Positions 48,577 to 62,613 of a stretch of DNA of 64,000 nt are shown here, piece by piece. Both the position numbers and the translations under genes were made by a program. The stretch spans positions 168,392,001 to 168,456,000 of the forward strand of contig OZ024740.1 in the NCBI GenBank assembly GCA_964016885.1. The letters run 5' to 3'. How positions within the stretch are numbered: position 1 is the stretch's first letter; every line of letters starts with the position of its first letter. This DNA comes from Eledone cirrhosa (lineage: Eukaryota). The notes below the pieces were generated by a model. It was not told where the DNA came from. It did no database searches and was given only the letters and a program-made list of their open reading frames with translations.

Positions 48577-50504
48577 GTAAGTATTGTCTTTCTGTATAGT
48601 AACTCAATAACATGATACTAAAGGAGGCTTTTTATTTTTTGCTGCTTAGTCAGAGATGGAAAGATAAGCCTGTAATTTTTTCAAGACTTCCAAGAATGGT
48701 AGGAAGACGGTAGGAAATGATCCTCACACAGGAAACATAGCTTGAATACTTACAACAGAATGAATTCCACTAAAGGCATCTAAGGACCACCAAATTAGAT
48801 CTGCCATAAAACAATCCTCAGAACACTAAAGCCTGAACAAATATTCCAAGGCACCTCTTCCAACACTCTAACAATTCCACCAATCTACTGCCCTAGACTG
48901 GTACTTTATTTTATCAACTTTGAAAGGGTAACGGCTAAGTTGATTATGGCAAGATTTACTATCAGAGTAGCAAGAGCTAGAACAAATACCACAAGACATT
49001 TTGTTCTATGCTCTACTGATTGCCAATTTGCCAATCATATATTATCAAATGACCAGCAAAGAAGCTCATATAGTTTCTTGGCCTTTAATGTCAAAATAAA
49101 TCTACCTCACAAATACCAGTAGTCTTAAATTGAGATTTTCATTTTGCTTATTAAAGGGACATGACAGTCACTTATTAAGATCAAAGAAACCACAAAGTTC
49201 ATGTACCATCTAAAAGATGGGGTACCTTTCCACGACATTACATATGGGTTATAGCCCCCTTTACAAACAGCAGGCCTCTAATAGGAAATGTTTTACACTG
49301 GTTCTTTCTAGATGTCAGTAGTGCACCAGGAGTATACATAGATATAGTAGCTTGCTCAAGCTGCTGACACAGTAAATTCCTGGTTCAAATCATTGCTAAA
49401 GGTTGATCTACTGCCAAGCCGTAAGAAAAATAGAAAACTGAAATTGATGTGTCTTTTCAACATTCATGTATTCAGATGCAGCCTCTGTAACAGTAGCAGA
49501 CTAATTCTAACCATGGACTACATATTTTTTTCACCCTTTCATCTTTCTCAGATTTACATCCTTGTGGAACATTCTCCCTGTCTTTGTTTTTCTCAAGAAT
49601 TCAAACAGAATATTAGTTACATTAACCTCACCCTGTTATCCAATACCATATACAATGATCAAATATATTGAATTATCTCTATCCTTCCTGTCTCAGGGTT
49701 TTTAGCAGGTTGTGTCATTATGGTTGAAGTATTTTGGGTTTTTTTTGAAGTAGGTGAAATGCTGGTCGATGTTTTGTCATGTGTTGTGCAAGTTGATTGG
49801 TGTGGTTGAAAAATGATCAGGATCAATAATGAATTGAGACAGGGAACCAAACTAATTTTTATTTGTTTTGTAGTATGTGATGACACCATGTTCAGAATAT
49901 GTAAAAGATTTAATATAACTGAAAGTATTTCATCATTAGGTTGCTAAACTTAGTTTTCATAGATAAGAGGATTTTGGGGTGATATGTTGAAATTTGTGAA
50001 TGAATGTGTGCAAAGACATTAGTGGAGATAAGATATAGCCTTGATAAGATGTACTGACCTGAGAACTCCTGCTCAGCTGCAGCCAAACATCAACTGTCAG
50101 AGACAAGCTGAGTGAAAAGAAGAGAGGTAAGTAAGTGAAACTGAAATTGAGCAACTTTTAAATACTGGTATGTTTTGTGATGGTTATTTCCAATTATGAC
50201 TTTATAGTTATTTTAGCCTGTAGTTCACTGCAAGTTTATCTTCAGATCATCCGTTAAAATTACATGTATTTTTCTTTGTTTAAGAATTCACGATGCTATC
50301 CAATAATTGTTTCTACTTTTGGCACAAGGCCAGCAATTACCCAGTACATTACTGGTACTTTATTTTATCGACCCCTTAAGGATGAAAGGCAAAGTTAACC
50401 TCGGCGGGATTTGAACTCAGTATGGCAAGGGCCGTAACTCTATGCGTCAAAGCATGGCGTCCGACCCTCTACCGATACTGCCAATCCACCTGATGTACAT
50501 ATAT

Positions 50505-51915
50505 CATTATCATCATCATTTAATGTCCATCTTCCACACTAACATGGGTTAGACAAGCTGTGCCATTGTGAGACAAGCCAGGTTGGATGACTGTGTCTTG
50601 CTCAGACAGAACTGATTTTGGCTGGGTTTCTACTCCTGGATGCCCTTTCTAACACCAACGACATTTATAGTGTGTACTGGGTGCATTTTGTCGTGACACA
50701 TACACGACCACTTTACAGTGTGGGCTGGACGCTTTTTATTGTGTGTCCAACATGACCACTTTGCAGTGTGGGCTAGACACTTTTTGACGTGACATCTACA
50801 TGACCACTTTACAGTGTGAACTGAGGTCTTGGGTGGGGGAGGTGCATAGGGATTGAGGAGGTAGATCTAGGGGCATGGGTGAGGGGTGGGGTGTTAGGAG
50901 GGGAGTGGGGTATTGCAGGGATGATGGAGAGGTAGGTGGTGCATACTAGATGTATGCCTCAACCCGTGCACATTGGAAGGTGAGCCTTCTGTATTACTGC
51001 ATAATGCCGGAGATCACGGTCCTGTATTGCCGCCTTTGAAAGGCACAATTGTGCAAGTTCAGCTTTTATCTGCTCATCCCAAGTCATTCTACTGCATAGC
51101 ATCAATCAACTTTGAGTGCTCTGCACTTTTTATACAGCTGTCATCCATCATATGCATCACATGTCCATACCAGTGCAATCTCCTCTTTTGCACACTATTG
51201 TCTCCTCCACCCTACTGTTCCACCACCAAGTCCCTCTCCTTCTCCCAAGAGACCTACTCCAACCACAGATTTCATCTGTTGCCTTCATTAGGTTATCTTT
51301 CAGGAATTCCCACTGATCCTCTATATTGCATGTCTCTATTTGCTTTTCCTTACTGTCAAAAACATCAAGCAACATGCTTTAAATTTGTTATTGGCTGTGG
51401 TGTCCTTCAACTTCCACACTCATCTCCTCAAGGTTCTCCTCTGTCATCGAGTTTACCTTGCCTGAACTATAAGGTCGCTAACTACTAGGTTATGTTGGGA
51501 GGTGCATTCTTCACGAGAGAAGGACTTTGTGTTTACAACCATCACTCTGACTCATCTTCTGATAAGGATGAAATCTATCTGGCTGGTATACTCCCCCAAT
51601 CTATAGGTGATCAAGTGATTCTCATTTTTTTAAGTTCATATTACAGATAGATAGATCTTTCAAGAATTCCAAGAGCCTGAAACCTTCCTCATTTGTAACA
51701 CTAAACCCATAACCCCCATGGATCCCATCAAAGCTATTGCAGTGTTGCCCAATATGCCCATTAAAGTCATCTGCAAAGATTATGAAGTCACCACCACTTA
51801 TTTGGGAAGTAGTGTGCATTAGGAACTCATAGAACCTGACTTTTAGTATCTCCGGCAGACGACGTTGGAGTGCATATGCAGATATAATTGTCACAGTTGT
51901 TCTATTTAGTACTAG
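50505..51915 (-). mobile_element. Older, internally deleted RTE LINE
   Basis: TIISAYA, DFNGHIG, NEEGFRLLEF, KATDEICGWS, TWWWN; 3' UTR and (ATC)n tail related to 52890-56575. Confidence 0.85.
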
Positions 51916-52336
51916 TCAAATTTTAATGATATATATTTGTGTATGCACATTTTTCAGCCACTGACGCTGTTGTGTCTCACATAAATTTGCTGTCAGTGCC
52001 TGGGTGGTGGAGGCTATAAGTATGGGCTTATATTGGTGTATGACTTCATTATCTTGAGAGCTCATGATAGAGAGGTGCCTGTAATAATTTAGCTGAAAAT
52101 GTCTAAAAACAGGTTTGTTAATCCACATCTTTATTTGGGATTAGATTTGTGTGAGAATTTGTAATAGACTAAAGATTAATCTTTAATGTGATGCATCCAG
52201 TTATACTAGAAATAATGGTGTGTATATGTGGTTGTTAATTTATTAAATAATTTAGGTTATACATGCACTCAAAAATATGATGTAACAAAAATAAAGTAAA
52301 TATGTAAAATGTAATTAATAATATCTATTATATATA

Positions 52337-52889
52337 TATTGTTAATATTACTGCTGTTTTAACTTCGGATATTTACCATGCGGTATTCTAATCCTATCGT
52401 ATCTCTCTCGGTTATTTACCATGCGCCCCCCCCCCCCTCTCTATGCCTCTCTCTAGGGTTACTATCTCTATCTATTCAACTTCATTCATCTTGGAACTAT
52501 TGGAGAGATAAGACCCTTTTCCCTTATCTGCTAAAATGTATCATTAGAGTTGATTTCATTTCGTTCTGGCCACCCATCCATACAAATCTTCGAAGGTATC
52601 TTAGTTAGTTTTATGACGCTATTATTGTTAATATTACTACTGTTTTTCTGCTGTATTATTGTTAATATTACTACTGTTTTTCTGCTGTATTATTGATAAT
52701 ATTACTACTGTTTTTCTGCTGTATTATTGATAATATTACTACTGTTTTTCTGCTGTATTATTGATAAATTTTCGAAGGTATCTTAGTTCCTATGACGTTA
52801 CTATTGTTAATATTACTGCTGTTTTAACTTCGGATATTTACCATGCGGTATTCTAATTCTATCGTATCTCTCTCGGTTATTTACCATGC
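52337..52889. repeat. Direct repeat (about 88 bp) enclosing a 34-bp minisatellite
   Basis: 52337-52425 is repeated at 52803-52889; tattattg(t/a)taatattactactgtttttctgctg occurs about 4.3 times at 52620-52767. Confidence 0.9.
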
Positions 52890-55800
52890 GGCCCTCAGTG
52901 CCCACCTCACAATTTCCCTCCCACCCACCCCCACACACCACCATAGCCTATTCGACCAATCAAACCTCAGCATGCCATTTCCGCTGCTGCTGCTGCTACT
53001 ACCTACCTAACTAACTCTCTCCTCCTCTGGCGGAGCCCAACACACCCTGCCATTACCCCACCACCACTGTTCTTCTAGCCCTCAATTTTCCCACCGTTAT
53101 GGATGGATGAGCTGAGAATACATTTGAGCAACTCTGAATCAATAGATGAAATATGAATCTGCGAGCTACCAAGCACCCACGTGAAGCGCCAACCCAGAGA
53201 CCCTCCCCTACGAGTGTCGACAAATGCCCAAAACTCCGAGTTGGTACCATCAATGTAGGCTCAATGAAAGGAAGAGCAGGAGAAATCGTAGAAATGCTAG
53301 AGCGAAAGGAAGTTGATGTATGCTGTGTGCAAGAGACTAGATGGAGAGGAGAGTCTGCTAGAGTCCTTGTAGGAAAAAGTCAGTGCTACAAATTTTTCTG
53401 GGTGGGAAATGATGATGGGATGGGTGGTGTAGGTATACTACTAGCTGACAAGTGGGTAGATAAAGTAATCTCAGTGTACAGGGTAAACGCAAGAATCATT
53501 AAACTCAGACTAGTCCTGAATAAGACAATTACCACAATAATATCAGCTTACGCACCCCAATCGGGGCTGCCAGACGAACTTAAGGATAGGTTTTACGAGT
53601 CCCTAATACACACTACTGCTCTAACAGACGACAATGACTTCCTAATCATCGCAGGAGATTTTAACGGACACGTAGGTAAACACTGCGACGGCTTCAATAG
53701 AGTACATGGAGGCCATGGAGTTCGCACAAGGAATGAGGAAGGATTCAGACTTCTAGAATTCTGCGACGCCAATGACATGTCGATATGTAACACAAACTTT
53801 AAAAAAACCCGACAACCACCTGATCACCTATAGATCAGGGGAGCACTCTAGTCAGTTAGATTTTATCCTCATCAGAGGACGTGACAGATGGATGGTCGTA
53901 AACACAAAAGCCTTCCCTAGTGAGGAATGTACATCCCAACATAGCTTAGTTGTCAGCGACCTCACGGTCAGAACTAGACGAGCCCTGAAACAGAGGCCAA
54001 CCTGGAGAAGAAAGATCTGGAAGCTGAAAGTCCCCTCAACCAGTAACAGATTTAAAGATATTTTACTCAACGCCTACGACAGTAAAGAAGAACAGATAGA
54101 GACATTTAATGTAGAAGAGAACTGGGAGTTCCTAAAAAATAATTTACTAGAGGCGACAGACGAGGTCTGTGGCTGGAGTAAGACCTCAAGCAGGAGGAGA
54201 GTGACTTGGTGGTGGAACAATAAGGTAGATGAAGCAGTCAAGGCCAAGAGACAGGCATGGAAAGAATGGAAGAACGGGGGGAGCAGGGTACATTACATAG
54301 AGACCAAGAGGGAAGCTAGGCAACAAGTATACTTAGCTAGGAGGGAAGCAGAGGATAGAAAATTCAAGCATGTTTTACAACGTGAGGACCAGAAACAGGA
54401 GGTATTCAAGATTGCGAGGCAGTGTGTCAGAGATAGTTGTGATGTCATTGGAGAGAAGTGTATCCGGAATGATAAAGGTGAGCTTGCCCTCACAAGTGCT
54501 GAGAAGAAAGATGCATGGAAGAGTCATTATGATAGATTACTAAATGAGGAGAATGCATGGGAAGAAGAGACCCTACCCCAAGTAGACCCTATAGAGAGAC
54601 CAGCAGTACAAGTCAGCGGCAGCGTAGTAAGTAAGGCAATCAGAGATATGAAGATGGGGAAGGCAACCGGTCCATCGGGTATAGCTGCCGAGATGCTGAA
54701 GGCATCTGGGTCTGTAGGTCACACTATAACCACACGTATCGTTAACCAGGTAATACTAGAAGGGGCCATACCAAAAGATTGGTGCAGTAGCATCATTGTC
54801 AACTGCTACAAAGGCAAAGGCGACGCACTAGATAGAGGAAACTATAGAGGTATAAAGTTGATGGACCAGGTCATGAAAGTAACAGAAAGAGTTATAGCAC
54901 AGCTGATTAGGGACCGGGTGAATATAGACGAGATGCAATTTGGGTTTGTACCAGGAAGAGGCACCACTGATGCCCTCTTCCTTGTGAGGCAATTACAGGA
55001 AAAGTACCTAGCTAAAAGTAAGCCACTCTACTTGGCATTTGTCGACCTTGAGAAAGCCTTTGACAGAGTTCCACGTGCTGTAATCTGGTGGGCTCTTAGA
55101 AAACTAGGAGTAGATGAATGGCTTGTGAAAGCGGTACAAGCCATGTATAGGGGAGCAGTCAGCAAAGTTAGGATTAGCAATGAGTATAGCGAGGAATTTA
55201 GCGTACAGGTTGGTGTCCACCAGGGCTCTGTTCTTAGCCCTCTCCTGTTCATCATAGTCCTGCAGGCAATAACGGAGGAATTTAAGACCGGATGCCCATG
55301 GGAACTCCTGTATGCTGATGACCTCGCACTCATAGCTGAATCTATGATAGAACTAGAGAATAAATTCCAAACCTGGAAGCAGGGACTAGAGAGAAAGGGT
55401 CTCAAAGTCAACATGACAAAACTAAGGTCCTTGTAAGTAGACGAGAAAACAGAACCCAGATCCCCTCAGGGAAATGGCCTTGCTCAGTATGTAGGAAAGG
55501 TGTAGGTAGGAACTCCATTCTCTGCCCCAAATGCAAACAATGGGTACACAAGAGATGTAGCGGGATCTCAGGAAGCTTAATTAAGAATGTAGGATTCACA
55601 TGCAGCAGCTGTGCTGAAACAGCAAGCAGCAAACAGCCACAGGAAACAAGTACCACCAATCTCTGGGAGGGCCCTGTAGAAACAGTAGACAGCTTCTGCT
55701 ACCTAGGTGACCGAATTAGCAACGGAGGTGGGTGTTCAGAAAGTACAATAACTAGGGTAAGAACGGGATGGAAAAAGTTTAGGGAACTACTACCACTGCT

Positions 55801-56575
55801 AGCTGCAAAAGGCTTCTCCCTCAGAATGAAAGGCAGACTGTATGATGCGTGTATCCGAACAGCGATGTTGCATGGTAGTGAGACCTGGGCGCTGAAGGTG
55901 GAAGACTTACGTAGATTAGAGAGAAACGAAGCCTGCATGCTCCGATGGATGTGTAACAGTAATATACGTGAACGACAAAGCATAAATGAATTGAGAGAGA
56001 GACTGAGCATAAGAGGAATCAAATGCTGTGTGCAGGAGAGGCGGTTGCGCTGGTATGGACATGTGATGCGTATGAAGGATGACAGCTGCATAAAAAGGTG
56101 CAGAGCACTAGAAGTTGATGGAAACCGCGGAGTGGGGAGACCCAATATGACCTGGGATGAGGTGATAAAAGCCGACCTTACCCAATTACACCTCTCAAAG
56201 ACAATGACACACGACCGTGACGTCTGGCGTCACGCAGTAATACAGAGTACCCGACCTCCCATGGGTACATGCTGAAGCATATAAACAATATTCCCCCACA
56301 CCCCCCACCGCAAGGTGGTCGTGGAGGTGCCACAGCAAAAAAGCACCCAGCCCACACTGTAAAGTGGACGTGTAGGCGCCACCGAAAAAAAGCACCCAGC
56401 ACTCACTGTAAATGAAGTTGGTGTTAGGAAGGGCATCCAGCTGTAGAAATCAAGCCAGATCAGTTCCTGTATGAGCAAGGCATGGTCAGCCGACCAGACA
56501 CTGCACACAACAGGACAACCCGTCTAACCCATGCTAGCGTGGAAGAACGGACGTAAAATGGTGATGATGATGATA
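52890..56575 (+). mobile_element. Near-intact RTE LINE (APE-RT, 1040 aa reconstructed, 53153-56275) in TPMT intron
   Basis: LRVGTINV, VQETRW, AYAPQ, GDFNGH, DLEKAFD, HQGSVLSP, YADD, FCYLG, RLRWYGH; no stops, only +1 A (53801-53807) and -1 A (55418-55421); (GAT)n tail. Confidence 0.95.
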
Positions 56576-57281
56576 CATCAAAGATATCTCCAAAAGCAAA
56601 CTATCCTTATCAACTAATAATTTATCAATTGAATTGTCAAAAGTGGTTGTATATGTGTCATGACAAAAAGCGCCCAGTCTACACTGTAATGGGGTCATTT
56701 TGGTACCACAATAAGAAGCACCCAGTACATACTGTAAATATGGTTTGCGTTAGGAAGAGCATCCAGCCATAGAAGCCAAGCCAAAATCAGTTCTGTATAA
56801 GCAAGGCACAACCATCTGATCTGGCTTGTCTGACACTGGAACAACTCATCTAAGCCATGCTAGCATGGAAAAATGGATGTTAAAGGTGATGATGATGATT
56901 GATAGAATGTACTGCTGCCATTTTTAAAAGTATAATATCAGGGGGGAAAATCAATGAAATTCAATAAAATATAACAAATAGGTTGTTTAAATGTTAACCA
57001 TGTGTAGCTGAAGACAGGGGAAAAAAATTTGTTGGTTATTCCCCTTACAGTAGAGGGTTCATCACTTCCTTTAAACAGTGATGTCTTGAACTTTTCAAGA
57101 ATCTATAGCTACTGTGATTTGATGCAGTACATGCCATTAAGACTTATGGAAGGAGTGAGATGTGCAAAAAGTGGTCATACTTGAGAGGGAATCAATAACC
57201 AGCATATATTAATATCCAATATGCACAAAACTACAGAAAACTAGCAGCTTATGTTGTTATGTATGATGTTTGTTGTTTCAG

Positions 57282-57411
57282 ATTAGCAGATAGAGGATAT
57301 TGTGTCGTAGGAATTGATGTTGCTGAACAAGCCTTACGTGAATTCTTTAGTGACCAGAATTTGGAGCATACTGTTGAAGAATTAGAAAACAACTCTGGAA
57401 AACGTTTTACA
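57282..57411 (+). CDS. TPMT: TPMT coding exon 3 (130 nt)
   Basis: tttcAG acceptor; (E)LADRGYCVVGIDVAEQALREFFSDQNLEHTVEELENNSGKRFT; GTAAGT donor at 57412; in frame with exon 2. Confidence 0.95.
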
Positions 57412-57578
57412 GTAAGTATTCATTATTATACAGGAAATTTGTATTAAAACTTTCTATAAATAGTAATGCGTATTTTACATCAAATGGGCCAAGCCTGAAA
57501 ATATCTTATCCAATTTTGTATAAAAAGCTGATTGTTAAAAGCTAGTGAATATGATGACAAATATTCTGGTGGTGTTGT

Positions 57579-58266
57579 TGTAGCGAAATCTATTCACACA
57601 CTGACCCTCAGATGACACCTAGCTGTCATTTTCTGTTATGAGAGTTGAGGTCAGTTTGTCTGGAGTGGCAGGTCATTTTGAGGTGAGACAAAATAATTTA
57701 TATTTTCTGTCAGTCTACTCTGGTCTCTCGCAACAGACGCACCAGATTGACTTGCTCAAGCATCTAGCAAGATGTAGCTCTTAGCAAAACATTTCGGCCC
57801 TCTTAATAAGTTAAATCAAGATACCTGAGCCAAGTAAGTCACAGGCAACATCTCTCCACCCTGCCTGTGGGCAGGACCACTAGAAATAACAGCCAGCCAC
57901 TTCTATTAGGCAAGTTAGCTTGTATCACTGCACACACACATTCATCCTACCCAAATATATCTCACACACAATCTTTGTGTAACACAAATTCTTTCCTTGT
58001 TGTTTGTTGTTCATATCTTTTGGCTATAACAAAATGTTAAATCATATATTTCCGTTGTGAAATACTTCACAATAAATCTCGTTCTTCTATAAACCAGGCA
58101 ATGTAATAGGGAAATCACTTTCCTCATAGATAAAACACATTCACTTTCAAACAGATGTACACATTGGTTACCTATCATAATTATCTACAACCAATACACA
58201 TCATCAATCACTCTTCTACTACAGTGAGAATTACGCAAACGTACTGTTACAAATTGGTGGTTCTGA
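57579..58266 (+). mobile_element. LTR with adjacent PBS-like sequence
   Basis: TGTAGC...GTTACA termini (57579-58251), AATAAA near 58071, followed by aatTGGTGG; no internal region seen. Confidence 0.55.
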
Positions 58267-58274
58267 TTTTCAAA

Positions 58275-58845
58275 CAAAGTGCAGGGCAATAAAGATAGAC
58301 GGTAGTCACGGAATAGGCAGACCTAGAAAAACCTGGGACGAGCTGATAAACTCCGACATCACACACTTACACCTCTCCAAGACAATGTCACTGGACCGAG
58401 ACCTTTGGCGGTACTCAGTAACAGAGAAGACCCGCCTTACCTAAATATATAGTAAAACCTACTCCAGCCAGTAGGCATCTCTAACAAAATACACCCCGTC
58501 CCACCACCCCCACCCCCACCCCATCCACACCACCCCGTTCTATGTAAAGTTATGTTGGTGCCGCGCCATCGAGGCCGAAACAAATGAGATCGTGTAGGTG
58601 TCACGACAAAAAAACACACAGTCCACGCTGTAATGTGGCCGTGTAGGCAACACGGTAAAAACCTCCCATCCCCACACTGTAAATGTGGTTGGTGTTAGGA
58701 AGGGCATCCAACTGTAGAAAACCTGCCAGACAGTCCTATGCGAGCAAGACAATCACTCTTGCCTCAAGTGGGACTACCCCCGTCCAAACCCATGCAAGCG
58801 TGGAACACGGACGTTAAACGTTGATGATGATGATGATGATGATGA
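58275..58845 (+). mobile_element. RTE LINE family B 3' fragment
   Basis: Near-identical to 21090-21645. Confidence 0.9.
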
Positions 58846-59653
58846 ACATTGTGTTAAACAACAACATCACTAACACCAACAACAGCAGCACAACAGCAAC
58901 AAATTACAAATAACAACCATACACGCTCTCATACCATTAGATTGTTATGGTTTAACATCAGGTTATCTCTGATCAAATAGACAAATGATCAAAGGTAATC
59001 CTGCATGATCATTCCATTCCTTTAGGGATTATGTAAGACTACATTATTCTATATTTAAGAAAGATGGTAGGGTGGCATTTAGGGGAAATTTGGTTGCTAT
59101 TTCTACCAGTGGTGGCAGTAGTAATGGTGGTGATGGGGGGAGTGTAATGGGGATGATAGCCCCAAGTCAGCTCTCATCAAGTAGACCTATGAGGAAATGC
59201 ATTCCAGACATAACCATCTTGTGTTTAATTCAGACTGTGTATTTAGGACTATATTAACCAACGTTTCTTCGTTTCTTTTAGGACAGTAGTGTGTAATTTG
59301 AAGAAAATTTGTTTGCTATTTCTAGCAAGTCAAGTGATCACATTAAGGTTCACTTGTTAGCTCATGTGGCTTCCCTATTGGATCATGATTGTAGTGTTGT
59401 TAAACTCCATTTGAGTTAATTTACGACCAAAAGCGTTCCAGCCATGACCATCCTGCTCTTTTGTATATTACATAATGTATGATGAGTTACATGATGTATG
59501 ATGGTGAATTGGTAGAGTTGTTCGGACATTAGATAAAATGTTCTGTGGTATTCATTCCAGCTCTCTACATGCTGAGTTCAAATCTTTCAAGGTCGACAAA
59601 TAAAGCACCAGTATAGTACTGGGGCCAATTTTTTTCTCTATTTCTCTTTCTTG

Positions 59654-59737
<84 letters not shown>

Positions 59738-59793
59738 AAATCTTACAAGAAGAAATTGGTATATATTTTATTTGAATTTTATCTTTTATCTAG

Positions 59794-59846
59794 AGCAAAG
59801 ATGGAAAAATCAAACTTTATTGTATGGATATATTTAATTTTTCTAA
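59794..59846 (+). CDS. TPMT: TPMT coding exon 4 (53 nt)
   Basis: ttttatctAG acceptor; SKDGKIKLYCMDIFNFS resembles human SSSGNISLYCCSIFDLP; GTAAGT donor at 59847; phases match both neighbours. Confidence 0.92.
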
Positions 59847-60289
59847 GTAAGTATTGGATTTTTTAAACTCTCTGAATCTTCCTATTTGTTTAATCTACCT
59901 CTAAATTTTCAATACTCTGCGATTATAACATGAATACAGGAGCACAGCTGTGTAGTTAAGAAGTTTCTCTTGCAAACTTATTGTTCCAATGTGTGTCATA
60001 TTTGTTTATTCTTTTACTGGTACCAGTCATTGGATTGTGGTCATGTTGGGGCATCACCTATAGTATAGTTGATAACATGGACTTCAGAAAAATGAAAGGG
60101 TGACTAGACATAAACAGAATGTAACGAAACTTAACCAAATACTACAAGGCATCATTTCCAATGCTATACCAATTCTGCTATTTATGCTGTGTATTTGGTT
60201 TAGAATAAGTACATTATATACCAACAAAATTATTAACCATCTTGCCAACAACAACCCTGAGCACTTTTTTTAATTTCATGTGCCTACAA

Positions 60290-60600
60290 AGTCAGAAAAC
60301 AACACAGCTCCCATGACTTTCAGAAACATTTTTTCACGCTCATAGTTGTTAAGCATGGAACAAACTACCTGCATCAGTTGTTAGCTGTAGAGACACTACA
60401 TCCTTTAAACCCTCCATGCTTCCTGAAATTCGCCAACACTACACCTCAAATCTCTCCCTCCATACACACCCACACATGTATATCATGACTCATACACTGT
60501 TCACTTTCCTGACATTTGTACATTATTCTATGTACTATACATGCACCTTTGATGAGTTGTATTGCACCTGAGCACTGTACACAATAATTTCATTATTATT
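60290..60600 (+). mobile_element. CR1-like LINE 3' end
   Basis: HDFQKHFFTLIVV.AWNKLPASVV remnant; ATT tail. Confidence 0.7.
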
Positions 60601-61618
60601 AGTAGAAACAATTATTATTATTATTATGTTATAAGAGGCAAATAAAAGGGTTGGCACTATAAAGAGTATGCAGCTGTAAAACATTGTTTCAAAACAGTCT
60701 CGACAATAAGCATGTAACCCACAATGGTAATGCCTGGTTTATCAAAGAATGTTCTTTATATTTACTTTGAGTTGCTCTTAGTTTACTATTAGATAGCCTA
60801 GAAACCTTACCCACCTACTTTTGGCTCAGATGAGTTCTTTTGAGACAAATGTTTTGCAGATAGATATCTTTCTTGATGCCAGCTCATACTTTATTTACAA
60901 GTATAGTATATACCACTCATCTACATTGAAATGCTATGCTGCAGGACATAAACAAACGTCACTGCTTGCTTTTAATATTGTTGATATAAAGAGACATGCA
61001 ATAAATTCTCTCTCTCTCAAATATAAAGTTCCCTTGCAAGACATTGATTGGCTTGAGGTTATCGTAGGCATAGTAGGAGACACTTGCCCAAGATGCTACA
61101 TGGTTGGATAGAACCAGAAACCCTGTGGTTGTAGAGCAGACATTTTAACTACACAGTCATATAATATATTTAAATGAACAAGTAATGATACAATTTTACT
61201 AAAGAAAAGGTTATTTTGTTCTTTCCTATTTAATATATAATGATTCTTTCATATTATTGGTACTATCATGCTGCACAGTTGCTGTGTATGGCTAGTTTAG
61301 AATAGGTACACAATATCTCTGCATGTTGTAAGAGATAATTAAAAATGTTGGCAACAAGAAGGACATCTAGCTGTAAAACTTTGTCTCAAAAAGGATTTCA
61401 TGATGAGCATGAAGTCTATAATGCTGGTCACTGTTTTAGAAAGAAAATTACCATAAAATGCTTGTTGTTGTTGTGATGTTCTGATAATTCCTTCCAGATC
61501 TTCCTTTAATTATATTTGAAATGATAGAGAGAAAAAATTATTGTTTTCTACCATATATGTGCAGTGACCCTACAATAAATCTTGCAATTAATTTTTTTTC
61601 TTTTCTACCAACTCACAG

Positions 61619-61693
61619 AGATATTGAAGGACAGTTTAATGCCATATGGGATCGAGGAGCTCTTGTGGCTCTCAACCCCCAAATTAGGACAAG
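61619..61693 (+). CDS. TPMT: TPMT coding exon 5 (75 nt)
   Basis: Polypyrimidine + cacAG acceptor; (K)DIEGQFNAIWDRGALVALNPQIRT contains the diagnostic WDRGALVA motif; AG|GTTGGT donor at 61694. Confidence 0.95.
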
Positions 61694-62613
61694 GTTGGTG
61701 ATAATTGTATAATGATAATAACAATAGATAGTAGCAATATTTACATAGTGCTAATTATATAATATATATATATATTGATTGCGTAATTCATCATAATGAT
61801 ATGTATTGCTACTTACATAATACATCAGAGTGATAATTACATATGATTTGTCATTTCCTGACTATTTTCTTTTTTTACTAACTATATTTAAAAACTTTCT
61901 ATCTGTTTCAACCAGCATGGGTAAGATGGTAGTGCTGGAGTCATGGTAAAATGCTTCCAGTACATGCTGTAGTAGTGTTGGCACCATAATAAAAAAAAAA
62001 CACCCACTGCAATTGTAAGGTGGGTAGTGCTGGAGTAATGACAAAATGCTCTAGTGCATGCTGAGTGGTTGGCATTAGGAAGGGCATCCAGCCATTGAAA
62101 CCAAGCCAAAAGCTAATCCCAGTACAAAACAACCTATCTAACCCATGTAAGCATGGTAAATAACTATTAAGTGGTGATGATGATGATGATATCTAATCTT
62201 TTAATGTTATATTCCTTATATATGTGCTTATGTGTGTAGTTCAAGCCTTGCTAGCTGGAAAAGTGGATGTTAAATGACGTTTTGTTTATGTATGCATGCA
62301 TCGCTTGAATGGGTTTGAACTCAGTCTTTATTTTTAATGCAGTGTTCCAACATTCTTAGTTATTATGACACATTTCATGTTCAGAATATTCTTTGTACTA
62401 TCTGATACATATATTGTACACAAAATCATAAAAGATAGATTTATTCTCCAGGCATCTTAATCTATACAAATTTGTGTGAGTCTGTTACATAATTTTTCTT
62501 AAATATATGTAATACAAAATATTCTGAGTAGTAACAAAATGAATTAATCAATTTCAAACGAATGAGTCATTGATTGCTGCTGTAATTGTTGTTGTTATTA
62601 TTTCTGTATGCAG

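Noticed and set aside
52620-52767. 34-bp repeats as a CRISPR array
   Set aside because: Head-to-tail units with no unique spacers, in a eukaryotic context with no cas genes.
53795-53810. TTTAAAAAAA as a programmed ribosomal frameshift
   Set aside because: Restoring the frame needs a +1 skip, not -1, and the paralog at 21743 is continuous here; it is a simple indel or error.
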